DNA from: an uncultured Saprospiraceae bacterium
GTDB taxonomy: Bacteria; Bacteroidota; Bacteroidia; Chitinophagales; Saprospiraceae
Direction of reading: 5' to 3'
Length of the DNA: 64,000 nucleotides
NCBI GenBank assembly: GCA_964458705.1
Contig: CAYWKD010000019.1
Span: forward strand, 2,193-66,192
Made by a program: the position numbers and the translations under genes. Under the pieces are notes generated by a model. The model was not told the DNA's origin and searched no databases. It was given only the letters and a program-made list of their open reading frames with translations. Positions 35,308 to 44,193 of this stretch are shown piece after piece. How positions within the stretch are numbered: position 1 is the first letter of the stretch; each line of letters opens with the position of its first letter.

Positions 35308-37707
35308 TTAGTTGCGAAGTGGCTTGTTCGTTGTTAGCATATGCTGGATGCGCTCCATTGTTTTTTGCGTACCAACTAAACTAAGCATAGCTTCTCGCTC
35401 CAAATCAAGTAAATACTGTTCGCCTACTTGTTGAATACCTGTCAAGTCACCGCCACAAAGGACATAAGCGATTTTCCTAGCAATAACAATGTCGTGTTCG
35501 CTGGCATACTTACCTCGATAAAGCTCATTAGCAGCCGCATAAAGTGCTGCCATTCCTGTTCTTCCAAGTACGGTGATGTCGTCTCTCTGAATAGGTTGGG
35601 TATAACTATCCGTTAGTTCTAATACTTTTTTCTTTGCCGTTGCGATATTGCGCTGCACATTTAACACAACCTCATCTTTGGTGGATAATAGATAACCCTT
35701 ATCAAAAGCCTCGTGCGCAGATGTCGCTACGGCAGCAGTTGCAATATTTCTAAATATTTCAATAATCGTGGGAATCATCACATCGCCATCGGTGAAAGAA
35801 TCCGAAGCACGAAGGGCAAACTCTTTCGTTCCGCCACCAGCTGGCAAAATACCAACACCCACTTCTACCAAACCAATATAGGACTCAGCAGCAATTGCCG
35901 AAGCATCGCAGTGCATAACCGTTTCACAGCCACCACCAAAAACATAGCCTTGCGTTGCAGCGACTACTGGAATGGAAGAATAGCGACAACGCATCGTTGT
36001 TTGTTGAAATAAGTTGATCGCCATATTTAGCTCATCCCACTCTTGCTGGTAAGCTAGTTGAGCCATCATCATTAGGTTAGCACCTACGGAGAAGTTTTTG
36101 GCATTATTCCCAATCACTAAACCTTTCCATGCGCCTTCTTCTGCTAACTGAATAGATTGTTGAATGCCTCTGAGTACACCTTCTCCCATAGAGTTGGCTT
36201 TGCTTCGAAACTCCAGGTTCAGTACACCATCTCCAATATCATGAAGCACTACCTCACTGTTTTTGAAAACAGGCGATTGATCTCTGTAATTATCTAAAAT
36301 GATAAATGCTTCCGTTCCTGGAACCTCTTTGTAAGATTTCGTTGGAATATCATAATACAGTTGCTTACCGCTCTCACGCTTATAGAAGGTGTGATTGCCT
36401 TCGGCGAACATTGTTTTAACCCAGTCAGCTACTATTTCTCCATGCTGTTCTGCCAATTCTAGCCCCTTTTGCATCCCGAAAGCATCCCAATATTCAAAAG
36501 TCCCTAAATCCCAAGCATAGCCTGTGCACATAGCATCATCCATACTGTACACATTATCCGTAATTTCTGGAATGCGATTAGAAGCGTAAGCAAATAATCC
36601 TGCAAAATATTCTCTCAAAAATGCGCCTCCTTTGTCCTCTGCTTCTAACATAGATTTGAAGCGGTGCGTTGGCGAATCAATTTGCTTGGCAGCTTTTAGA
36701 CTTGGAATTTTTGCTTGTTGGCTTGGTTCGTATGCTAATGTTTCAAGGTTTAGTGCCAAGATTACCCTTCTACCTTTCTCGTCTCTTTCCTCTGTTTTCT
36801 TGTAAAAACCTTGCCCTGTTTTGTCGCCCAGATAGTTCTGCTCCAACAAGAAATCAACATATTTTGGATTAGGTTTATTTTTTAGTGTTTGAACATACTC
36901 ATCGTCAGGAGCAGCATTTTTGACAAATTCAACCACCTTACTATTGGTATCTAAACCTACCAAATCCTGCAAACGGAAAGTTCCTGTCTTTGGTCTTGCA
37001 ATGGCGGGTCCTGTCAAACCGTCCACCTCTTCAATCGTCAATCCATGTTTATCTGTTAGCTCCATCAATTTCAGACCTGAATAAAATCCAATTCTATTTG
37101 CAATAAAGGCAGGTGTGTCTTTACAAAGCACGGTTTGTTTACCTAAATATACATCGCCGTAGTGCATCAAAAAGTTGACTACTTCCTCAGAAGTATCCGC
37201 AGTTGGAATCACTTCAAACAAGCGCATATAGCGGACAGGATTGAAGAAATGCGTACCACAGAAATGCTTTTTAAAGTCTTCACTTCTGCCTTCGGTCATC
37301 AAGTGAATTGGAATGCTAGACGTGTTAGAAGTGATTAAAGAACCTGACTTTCGATGTTGCTCCACTTGCTCAAAGACTTTCTTTTTGATGTCTAGGTTTT
37401 CAATGACTACTTCGATCACCCAATCACAGTCTTTGATTTTCTTCATGTCGTCCTCGAAGTTGCCAACAGTAATACGACTCGCAAATTCTTTGCTGTAAAA
37501 AGGGGCAGGTTTTCCCTTGAGAGCTTTCTGTAAATTACCCGCTGCAATACTATTGCGAGCAGCAGGATCATTTTGTTTATCCTCTGCCAAGTTTCTCGGC
37601 ACAATATCGAGTAGTAGCACCTCCAAGCCAATGTTGGCAAAGTGTGCAGCAATGCCTGAACCCATTACGCCCGAGCCCAAAACGGCAGCTTTTTTGATTC
37701 TCCTCAT
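35308..37707 (-). CDS. bifunctional 3-hydroxyacyl-CoA dehydrogenase / enoyl-CoA hydratase (FadN-type domain order)
   Basis: 799 aa with an N-terminal Rossmann AVLGSGVMGSGIA (3-hydroxyacyl-CoA dehydrogenase) and a C-terminal crotonase fold (ATQGYVFGGGCE). The dehydrogenase-first order matches Bacillus FadN. Confidence 0.9.
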   Translation of the reverse strand: MRRIKKAAVLGSGVMGSGIAAHFANIGLEVLLLDIVPRNLAEDKQNDPAARNSIAAGNLQKALKGKPAPFYSKEFASRITVGNFEDDMKKIKDCDWVIEVVIENLDIKKKVFEQVEQHRKSGSLITSNTSSIPIHLMTEGRSEDFKKHFCGTHFFNPVRYMRLFEVIPTADTSEEVVNFLMHYGDVYLGKQTVLCKDTPAFIANRIGFYSGLKLMELTDKHGLTIEEVDGLTGPAIARPKTGTFRLQDLVGLDTNSKVVEFVKNAAPDDEYVQTLKNKPNPKYVDFLLEQNYLGDKTGQGFYKKTEERDEKGRRVILALNLETLAYEPSQQAKIPSLKAAKQIDSPTHRFKSMLEAEDKGGAFLREYFAGLFAYASNRIPEITDNVYSMDDAMCTGYAWDLGTFEYWDAFGMQKGLELAEQHGEIVADWVKTMFAEGNHTFYKRESGKQLYYDIPTKSYKEVPGTEAFIILDNYRDQSPVFKNSEVVLHDIGDGVLNLEFRSKANSMGEGVLRGIQQSIQLAEEGAWKGLVIGNNAKNFSVGANLMMMAQLAYQQEWDELNMAINLFQQTTMRCRYSSIPVVAATQGYVFGGGCETVMHCDASAIAAESYIGLVEVGVGILPAGGGTKEFALRASDSFTDGDVMIPTIIEIFRNIATAAVATSAHEAFDKGYLLSTKDEVVLNVQRNIATAKKKVLELTDSYTQPIQRDDITVLGRTGMAALYAAANELYRGKYASEHDIVIARKIAYVLCGGDLTGIQQVGEQYLLDLEREAMLSLVGTQKTMERIQHMLTTNKPLRN

Positions 37708-37806
37708 ACAATTTATTTTTTATGGTTAGTGAGTGAAGAGAGGAAGTAAAGCGACAATAGTAATTCAGAAATTGCTGTGCGCTCCACCATTAACTATTCT
37801 CCACTA

Positions 37807-37826
37807 ATTTAGCGAAAATTCGCTAA
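37807..37826. promoter_or_regulatory. palindromic operator-like site, copy 2 (ATTTAGCGAAAATTCGCTAA)
   Basis: Identical 20-mer to 7636-7655, located 100 nt upstream of the fadN-like start codon. Confidence 0.5.
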
Positions 37827-37831
37827 CAAAA

Positions 37832-37839
37832 CAAAAGTA
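37832..37839 (-). promoter_or_regulatory. -7 promoter box (TACTTTTG on minus strand) for the fadN-like/thiolase operon
   Basis: Plus-strand CAAAAGTA is an exact TAnnTTTG on the minus strand. It lies 5 nt upstream (in the transcription sense) of the palindrome. Confidence 0.3.
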
Positions 37840-37917
37840 CAAAAATAACTGATAGCACAACGGAAAGTTTGGGAAGAGAAATAGTTTATTAGATGATATT
37901 ATACAAAGCTGAATTAT

Positions 37918-37925
37918 TACATTTG
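37918..37925 (+). promoter_or_regulatory. -7 promoter box (TACATTTG) for the dipeptidyl-peptidase gene
   Basis: Exact TAnnTTTG match, 20 nt upstream of the ATG at 37945. Confidence 0.35.
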
Positions 37926-37944
37926 TACTAAAACAATCAAAATT

Positions 37945-39786
37945 ATGACTTATTATTTTAAATTGAGTTTGGCAACTAGCTTATTTGTCGTGTTTGTGAC
38001 TTCTCTTTTAGGGCAAGAAAAATCTATGCCCGTGTTCAAAGACGGAGAAGCACAGATTGTGGCAGCATTTGATACTCCTGATGAGTGGATACGCCACGAT
38101 TTATGGGTGGAAACATCATTCGACTCAGATTTAGATGGCAGACTCGATAGAATGCACGTCAGCGTAACTCGCCCAGCTCAGACGGAATCGGAAGGTCTAA
38201 AACTCCCAGTTATTTATGTTACTAGCCCCTATTTTGCAGGAGTAGCACCAAATGTTGAAGGCGCATTTTGGAATGTCAAACACGAAATTGGTGCAACACC
38301 ACCACCGCACATTCATCCTTCTGTAACGCGCAGGGGTGAACGCCCAGTTATTTCTAATTCTCATATCAAAAAATGGGTACCTAGAGGCTACATAGTGGTA
38401 CATTCTTCCTCACCTGGAACAGGTCTTTCAGATGGGTTTCCTACTGTTGGTGGAAAAAATGAATCTTTGGCGCCTAAAGCTGTTATTGATTGGCTCTGCG
38501 GACGTGCCAAAGGCTACACAGAGCGAACAGGATCAGAAGAAGTAACTGCCTTTTGGTCAACAGGCAAAGTCGGAATGACGGGAACTTCCTATAACGGAAC
38601 ACTTCCTCTAGCAGCAGCTACAACAGGTATTGAGGGCTTAGAAGCTATTATTCCTATTGCACCGAACACTTCTTATTATCACTATTACCGCTCCAACGGC
38701 TTAATTCGTCATCCGGGTGGCTATTTAGGAGAGGATATTGATGTACTTTACGACTTTATACATAGTGGAGAGGAGTCCAAAAGAGCTTTGGCAGACTCTT
38801 TGGTCAGAGATACAGAAATGGCAAATGGTATGGATAGAATCACAGGAGACTACAATGATTTTTGGGCAGGCAGAGATTATTTAAACCAACTTGAGCCATT
38901 GAAAGCAGCGATGCTAATGTCGCATGGCTTCAATGATTGGAATGTGATGCCCGAGCATAGCTATCGTATATATGAAGCGGTAAAGGAGAAAGGAAATGTA
39001 CCTACTCAAATTTTCTATCATCAAGCGGGTCATGGCGGACCGCCCCCATTGAGTATGATGAACAGATGGTTTACTCGTTATCTACATGGCGTAAAAAATG
39101 ATGTGGAACAAGATCCAAAAGCATGGATTGTGAGAGAAGAAGACGAGCTAGACGATCCAACCCCTTATCCAGACTATCCAAACCCCGAAGCTGAAAAAGT
39201 AACGCTCTTTCTTGGGAAGGGAGGTGTTGAAAAAGGTGATTTGAGTTTAAGAAAACTCGACGATCAAGGTGAAGAAGCCTTAGTGGATAATTTCTCTTTT
39301 TCAGGTTCGACATTAGCCCAAGCCGAATATACTAATCATCGTTTGATGTATGTAACGCCAACTTTAAAAGAGGATATTCATTTGTCGGGTTTAGCTTCTA
39401 TCAAAATTCGATTAGCCAGTAGCAAACCTGCTGCAAACCTTTCTGTTTGGTTGGTTTCATTGCCTTGGAATAATCAAAAAAATGCAAAAATCAATGATAA
39501 TATTATCACAAGAGGCTGGGCAGACCCTCAGAACCATCGTTCATTGACGAAAAGCGATCCGCTAAAAGTTGGAAAATTCTACGAACTATCTTTTGAATTT
39601 CAGCCTGACGATCAAATCATTCCTGCTGGTCAACAAATTGGGCTAATGATTTTCTCAAGCGATAGAGATTTCACCCTTTGGCCTGTTCCTGGAACGGAAT
39701 TGACTATTGATTTGGATGAAACAATACTTACACTTCCAGTTGTAGGAGGTAAAAAAATGTTAGAAACGGCATTAGAGCAACCATAG
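37945..39786 (+). CDS. Xaa-Pro dipeptidyl-peptidase (S15 / CocE-NonD family hydrolase)
   Basis: 613 aa with a signal peptide, nucleophile motif GMTGTSYNG, and a C-terminal beta-sandwich-like region typical of PepX/CocE. Confidence 0.82.
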   Translation: MTYYFKLSLATSLFVVFVTSLLGQEKSMPVFKDGEAQIVAAFDTPDEWIRHDLWVETSFDSDLDGRLDRMHVSVTRPAQTESEGLKLPVIYVTSPYFAGVAPNVEGAFWNVKHEIGATPPPHIHPSVTRRGERPVISNSHIKKWVPRGYIVVHSSSPGTGLSDGFPTVGGKNESLAPKAVIDWLCGRAKGYTERTGSEEVTAFWSTGKVGMTGTSYNGTLPLAAATTGIEGLEAIIPIAPNTSYYHYYRSNGLIRHPGGYLGEDIDVLYDFIHSGEESKRALADSLVRDTEMANGMDRITGDYNDFWAGRDYLNQLEPLKAAMLMSHGFNDWNVMPEHSYRIYEAVKEKGNVPTQIFYHQAGHGGPPPLSMMNRWFTRYLHGVKNDVEQDPKAWIVREEDELDDPTPYPDYPNPEAEKVTLFLGKGGVEKGDLSLRKLDDQGEEALVDNFSFSGSTLAQAEYTNHRLMYVTPTLKEDIHLSGLASIKIRLASSKPAANLSVWLVSLPWNNQKNAKINDNIITRGWADPQNHRSLTKSDPLKVGKFYELSFEFQPDDQIIPAGQQIGLMIFSSDRDFTLWPVPGTELTIDLDETILTLPVVGGKKMLETALEQP

Positions 39787-39889
39787 GAGCTATTCCTGAA
39801 ATGTCTAGTCATAATGGTAACTTATAGAAGACGCCAGTACAAATTGATAAGTTATTCTTTGATCGATTCATTAACTCTAATATTCAAAT

Positions 39890-39897
39890 TACCTTTG
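39890..39897 (+). promoter_or_regulatory. -7 promoter box (TACCTTTG) upstream of purM
   Basis: Exact TAnnTTTG match, 18 nt upstream of the ATG at 39915. This argues for that ATG rather than the TTG at 39906. Confidence 0.35.
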
Positions 39898-39914
39898 CAC
39901 AAATTTTGGAATTA

Positions 39915-41087
39915 ATGAGCGATCAATACAACTATAACCTACGAGGTGTCTCAGCTACGAAAGATGAGGTGCATGAGGCTATTAAGCACCTAGATAAGGG
40001 GCTATATCCTAATGCGTTTTGTAAAATACTACCCGATATTGTAGCAGGCGACAAATCCTACTGCAACATTATGCACGCTGATACAGCTGGCACAAAGACA
40101 AGTTTAGCCTATTTATATTGGAGAGAGACTGGCGATTTGAGTGTTTGGGAAGGTATTGCTCAAGATGCAATGGTGATGAATTTGGATGATATGGCTTGCG
40201 TAGGTTGTGTGGATCAAATTATTCTTTCTTCTACGATTGGGCGAAATAAAAATTTGATTTCAGGAGAAGTATTGAGTACCTTAATTCAGACGGTTAGTAA
40301 TTTTACGCAGCAAATGCAGCAGTATGGTATTCAAATTATTGCAGCCGGCGGCGAAACAGCAGATGTCGGTGATATTGTTAGAACTATTGACGTAGGATAT
40401 ACGACTTTTGCTCGCATGAAGCGCAGTGATTTGGTTGTAAATGATATACAAGCAGGCGATGTGATTGTGGGCTTTAGTTCTTCTGGGCAAGCAAGTTATG
40501 AGCAACAGTACAACAGCGGAATGGGTAGCAATGGATTAACTTCGGCAAGGCACGATGTATTTAATGCTACTTATCGCAGCAAATATCCAGAGACTTTTGA
40601 TCCTAACACGCCCAAGGAAGTCATTTATATTGGATCTAAGAATTTGACAGATACAATAGAGGTAAATGGCACAGCTATTCCGATTGGTAAATTGGTGCTT
40701 TCTCCAACACGTACCTATCTACCTGTGATTAAAGCTATCTTGGAGGAACATAAGTCGCACATTCATGGTATGATACACTGCACAGGTGGTGGACAAACCA
40801 AGGTCTCAAAATTTATTCAGCAGAGAACCATCGTAAAAAATAACCTTTTTGTAACGCCTCCACTTTTTCAATTAATCCAATCAGAATCTAAGACAACTTG
40901 GAGAGAAATGTACCAAGTTTTCAATATGGGGCATCGTTTAGAAATCTACCTATCCGCACAGTATGCTAATAATGTCATAGCTATCGCCAAGCGCTTTAAT
41001 GTTGATGCTCAAGTGATTGGTCACGTAGAAGCGGGCAAAGGAGAAAAAGTCGTAATTGAAAGTGAACATGGCAGCTTTGAATATTAA
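39915..41087 (+). CDS. purM: phosphoribosylformylglycinamidine cyclo-ligase (AIR synthase, long Bacteroidota type)
   Basis: About 390 aa with AIR-synthase-related N- and C-terminal domain features (DGVGTK-like HADTAGTKT and GGETAD, HCTGGGQTK). Confidence 0.75.
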   Translation: MSDQYNYNLRGVSATKDEVHEAIKHLDKGLYPNAFCKILPDIVAGDKSYCNIMHADTAGTKTSLAYLYWRETGDLSVWEGIAQDAMVMNLDDMACVGCVDQIILSSTIGRNKNLISGEVLSTLIQTVSNFTQQMQQYGIQIIAAGGETADVGDIVRTIDVGYTTFARMKRSDLVVNDIQAGDVIVGFSSSGQASYEQQYNSGMGSNGLTSARHDVFNATYRSKYPETFDPNTPKEVIYIGSKNLTDTIEVNGTAIPIGKLVLSPTRTYLPVIKAILEEHKSHIHGMIHCTGGGQTKVSKFIQQRTIVKNNLFVTPPLFQLIQSESKTTWREMYQVFNMGHRLEIYLSAQYANNVIAIAKRFNVDAQVIGHVEAGKGEKVVIESEHGSFEY

Positions 41088-41961
41088 GGCATTAACCAAA
41101 AATATTGGTTGGGTGCTGCTAGAAATTCTAGTATTTGCAATTATTAGTGTTGCGCTAATATTCATAGTGAGTTTACTGCTAGCTGCACTTGGCTTACAGG
41201 ATACCAACACTTCCCTTAGTGAGGATTTTTCACACCCTTATAAGATGCTTTGGACAGAGTATTTGCCTCTACTGATTATTTTTACAACAGTTACCTATTT
41301 GACGCATACTGCCATCTTTAAATTCCCCTTCCGCCAGACAGGTATTAACGCCTCAGGTATTTTAAGAGAATTTAGCTGGGGTTGGACTATTGGCACAGCA
41401 CTAGTATCCATTGGATTTCTTTTATTGCTATTGTTTAAAGGGATTGATTTTCGGGGTTTGAATTGGAATACAGCACTATTTTTTGGTTTTTTCTTATTTT
41501 TTTTGATTCAAAGCGCAGGCGAAGAAGTCTTAATACGAGGATTTTTGCTTCCAGTGGTTGAACAACGTCTAGGTACAATTACTGCACTACTCACCTCATC
41601 TAGCCTATTTGCAATTGCCCACTATTTTAATCCCAATGCGAGTTGGATAGGTTTAGCTAACATATTTTTGGGAGGCTTGCTAATGGGAATTTTGTTTATC
41701 CAATTTCGCAATATATGGGCATCCATTGGGCTACACGCAAGTTGGAATTTTGTGCAGGCTTCCTTCTTCGACTTTGAGGTCAGTGGTTTTGATGTTTACA
41801 GCTTTGTTCAATTTGATGATATAGGGAGCGATGTATTTACTGGCGGTGATTTCGGATACGAAGGCTCTATTATAGCCGTTGTTTTACTTGCAATTACTAT
41901 CTCTACAATGCTGTTGAAAACTGATAATGTCTCAAATTTATGGGTGAAATCCGAAGCATAG
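41056..41961 (+). CDS. CPBP family intramembrane glutamic endopeptidase
   Basis: Polytopic, with motifs GEEVLIRGF, FAIAHYF and HASWNF. The ORF start overlaps the purM end, so the true start may be slightly downstream. Confidence 0.75.
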   Translation: MKVNMAALNIKALTKNIGWVLLEILVFAIISVALIFIVSLLLAALGLQDTNTSLSEDFSHPYKMLWTEYLPLLIIFTTVTYLTHTAIFKFPFRQTGINASGILREFSWGWTIGTALVSIGFLLLLLFKGIDFRGLNWNTALFFGFFLFFLIQSAGEEVLIRGFLLPVVEQRLGTITALLTSSSLFAIAHYFNPNASWIGLANIFLGGLLMGILFIQFRNIWASIGLHASWNFVQASFFDFEVSGFDVYSFVQFDDIGSDVFTGGDFGYEGSIIAVVLLAITISTMLLKTDNVSNLWVKSEA

Positions 41962-42106
41962 TTGCACAAATAAGAAAATCGTGCTATTTTCGGCGAAAAT
42001 TTTTGCTTAATATTTTTCTTTAACGAAAAACAACTACGTTAATACTCCAATTAAAATATCAAAAGAACCAACTTTAATTACATTTTAAATAAACTATCAA
42101 ACAAAC

Positions 42107-42685
42107 GTGCTATACAAAGTTAAACTGAAGAACTCCGATGACAATGTGTTATTAGATGACCATGTTTACGAATATCTAGTAAATGAACCCTACTTGTCGC
42201 AACTCGATTTCATCAACAACCTTCGCAAGCATTCTAGCGGCTGTGCCGTTTTCCAAAAAACATGGAGAAAAGCCAGCGGAGGCTACAAAACAGAGACTAT
42301 CTACTTACACAAGCTGGTCGCCGAGAAGTTTTTAAAAGACAAAAAAGAAGGTAAACGCAATTTGGTTGGTGCCATCAACGGCAATAAGTTAGACTGCCGT
42401 GTTGAAAATCTAACATACCGTTCTCGTTCCGTAGCTAGTCGAAAAAGAAAAACTAGCAGCAAAGCTGGCTATACAGGCGTTTACAAAGAAAATAATCGCT
42501 ATCGTGCGGTCATCTCAATCAATCGAAAATCTGTTCACATAGGTATGTATGCTACTGCTGAAGAAGCCGCTTTGGCGTACAACAAAAAGTCTCGCGAATT
42601 ATACGGTGAAAATGGCAAGATCAACGTCATCAAGCCGAAATCAAAGAGAGAATTAGAAAAAGCAAAACAGAAGAATACAGAGTAA
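42107..42685 (+). CDS. AP2-domain DNA-binding protein with degenerate HNH-like N-terminal region
   Basis: GTG start. The AP2/ERF-type domain is GYTGVYKENNRYRAVISINRKSVHIGMYATAEEAALAYNKKSRELYGE. The preceding segment LHKLVAEKFL...LVGAINGNKLDCRVENL resembles the HNH_3 motif but lacks the His-Asp. Confidence 0.75.
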   Translation: MLYKVKLKNSDDNVLLDDHVYEYLVNEPYLSQLDFINNLRKHSSGCAVFQKTWRKASGGYKTETIYLHKLVAEKFLKDKKEGKRNLVGAINGNKLDCRVENLTYRSRSVASRKRKTSSKAGYTGVYKENNRYRAVISINRKSVHIGMYATAEEAALAYNKKSRELYGENGKINVIKPKSKRELEKAKQKNTE

Positions 42686-42692
42686 AATCTAC

Positions 42693-43403
42693 TTAGGGCA
42701 GCTTGATGGCACGAGTCATTTCACGCTTGCCAGGCGGTCCTTTCAATCGTTCCACTTCAAAGCCAACCGATTTCATGGTGCGCTTGACCTCGCCTTTGGC
42801 GCAGTAGGTAGCTAAAATACCTTCTGGCAACAGAGCATCGTACATTTTTTGCATAATGGGTGATTCCCAAAGCGTGGGCTGAGCATTGGGCGCAAAAGCA
42901 TCAAAATAAATAATGTCAAATTGATTCTTGAAAGCGATATGCTCGAATAACATTTTGTGCTTATCCAAGGTGAAATTGTCATTGAAGTAAGTTGACTCAT
43001 TCCACGCTGCGGTATGCAAAGACTCAAAAATAGGTGTTTCGCTTTCTCTCACTCTGAGGATTTCATTGTAGTTGAGCGACTGAACTTGCTGCAAGCTGAT
43101 CGGATAGGCTTCTATGGCTGTATATTGCACTGCTAAGTTGCGTTTTCTGGCTTCCAAATAAGTCATCAAAGCATTCAGGCCAGTGCCAAAGCCGATTTCA
43201 AGAATGCGAATATCTCGCTTCAGTACCGCCTTGAAACGCAGTGCCGCATCTATAAAAACGTGCTGTGTTTCTTGTACTGCCCCGTATTTAGAATGATAAC
43301 TTACGCCGAATTGCTCTGAAAAAATAGAGTGAGAACCATCCTGCGTCTCAAATATTTTTTGCTCGCTCATCCCTGATAAAATTTGATAGTCATTACTCAG
43401 CAT
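42693..43403 (-). CDS. mnmD: tRNA (mnm5s2U34) methyltransferase MnmD (MnmC methyltransferase-domain homologue)
   Basis: SAM motif I ILEIGFGTGLN and the family-typical YFDAFAP motif. Confidence 0.8.
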   Translation of the reverse strand: MLSNDYQILSGMSEQKIFETQDGSHSIFSEQFGVSYHSKYGAVQETQHVFIDAALRFKAVLKRDIRILEIGFGTGLNALMTYLEARKRNLAVQYTAIEAYPISLQQVQSLNYNEILRVRESETPIFESLHTAAWNESTYFNDNFTLDKHKMLFEHIAFKNQFDIIYFDAFAPNAQPTLWESPIMQKMYDALLPEGILATYCAKGEVKRTMKSVGFEVERLKGPPGKREMTRAIKLP

Positions 43404-43654
43404 GGATCAGAATTGAAAATATTAAAGCCTTAATATCTACAAAAATTACTGTTTTAATGGAGTTTTATAAGCCCTAATTTCAAATATTTTTTTGTGTCGG
43501 AGAAAGTCTAAAAGCGATCAATCGCATAATTTGGCTATTGGATGGTTCTTCTGAGCATTTAATCTCTAATAACAGCATTACATATAACGCACCATCGTAA
43601 GTTTAATTAACAAAAACTTAAACTGCAAATGACCATCATCACATTTTGCAAAGT

Positions 43655-43662
43655 TAAATTTG
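43655..43662 (+). promoter_or_regulatory. -7 promoter box (TAAATTTG) upstream of the sigma-factor gene
   Basis: Exact TAnnTTTG match, 17 nt upstream of the ATG at 43679. Confidence 0.35.
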
Positions 43663-43678
43663 TTCAAAATGTTTTTTT

Positions 43679-44170
43679 ATGGATGTCGTAAAACTATTCA
43701 AACAAGGCAATCAAAAAGCTTTCGAAGAAATTTATCGACAGTACTATAAAAAGGTATATCTGTTCGCTCGCAAGCATACCTCTGATTCCACATTAGCAGA
43801 AGATATACTACACGATGCCTTTCTTCGGTTGTGGGAAAAACGGAGCCTCATCAATCCCGATGCGCCCATTGAAGCACAATTGTTTGTTATCACTCGCAAT
43901 CTTATCATTAATCAATATCGGCGCGAAATTTCACGACAGCAGGTTCATGAACAATTAACTGCCACAGAAAAAGAAGCTGACGCTGATGATGAACTTTCGC
44001 AAAACATAGTTCAGCAAATTCATGCAGCGATCGAAGCCTTACCTCCCAAACGTCGGCAAATTTTCAAGCTGCTATTTGAACAATTAATAAACACTAAAAG
44101 CAATATCATCCAAACAGATATTCCCATAAGAATACGAGAACAAATTAATGAGCAGCTTATCGACTATTAA
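43679..44170 (+). CDS. short ECF-type RNA polymerase sigma-70 factor with divergent region 4
   Basis: Region 2 is FEEIYRQYYKKVYLFARK...DILHDAFLRLWEK. Region 4 starts LPPKRRQIFKL, but the following HTH (LFEQLINTKSNIIQTDIPIRIREQIN) is short and divergent. Confidence 0.6.
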   Translation: MDVVKLFKQGNQKAFEEIYRQYYKKVYLFARKHTSDSTLAEDILHDAFLRLWEKRSLINPDAPIEAQLFVITRNLIINQYRREISRQQVHEQLTATEKEADADDELSQNIVQQIHAAIEALPPKRRQIFKLLFEQLINTKSNIIQTDIPIRIREQINEQLIDY

Positions 44171-44193
44171 TTGAAAAGAGTAAATAAGTATAT

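Noticed and set aside
43679-44170. The sigma factor gene being truncated by insertion of the GC-rich gene.
   Set aside because: The C-terminal 30 aa can be loosely aligned to a region 4.2 HTH (FEQL..., DIPIRIREQIN compared with NISxKTVExQ). The AT-rich sequence continues about 50 nt past the stop before GC rises, so a clean insertional truncation is not demonstrated.
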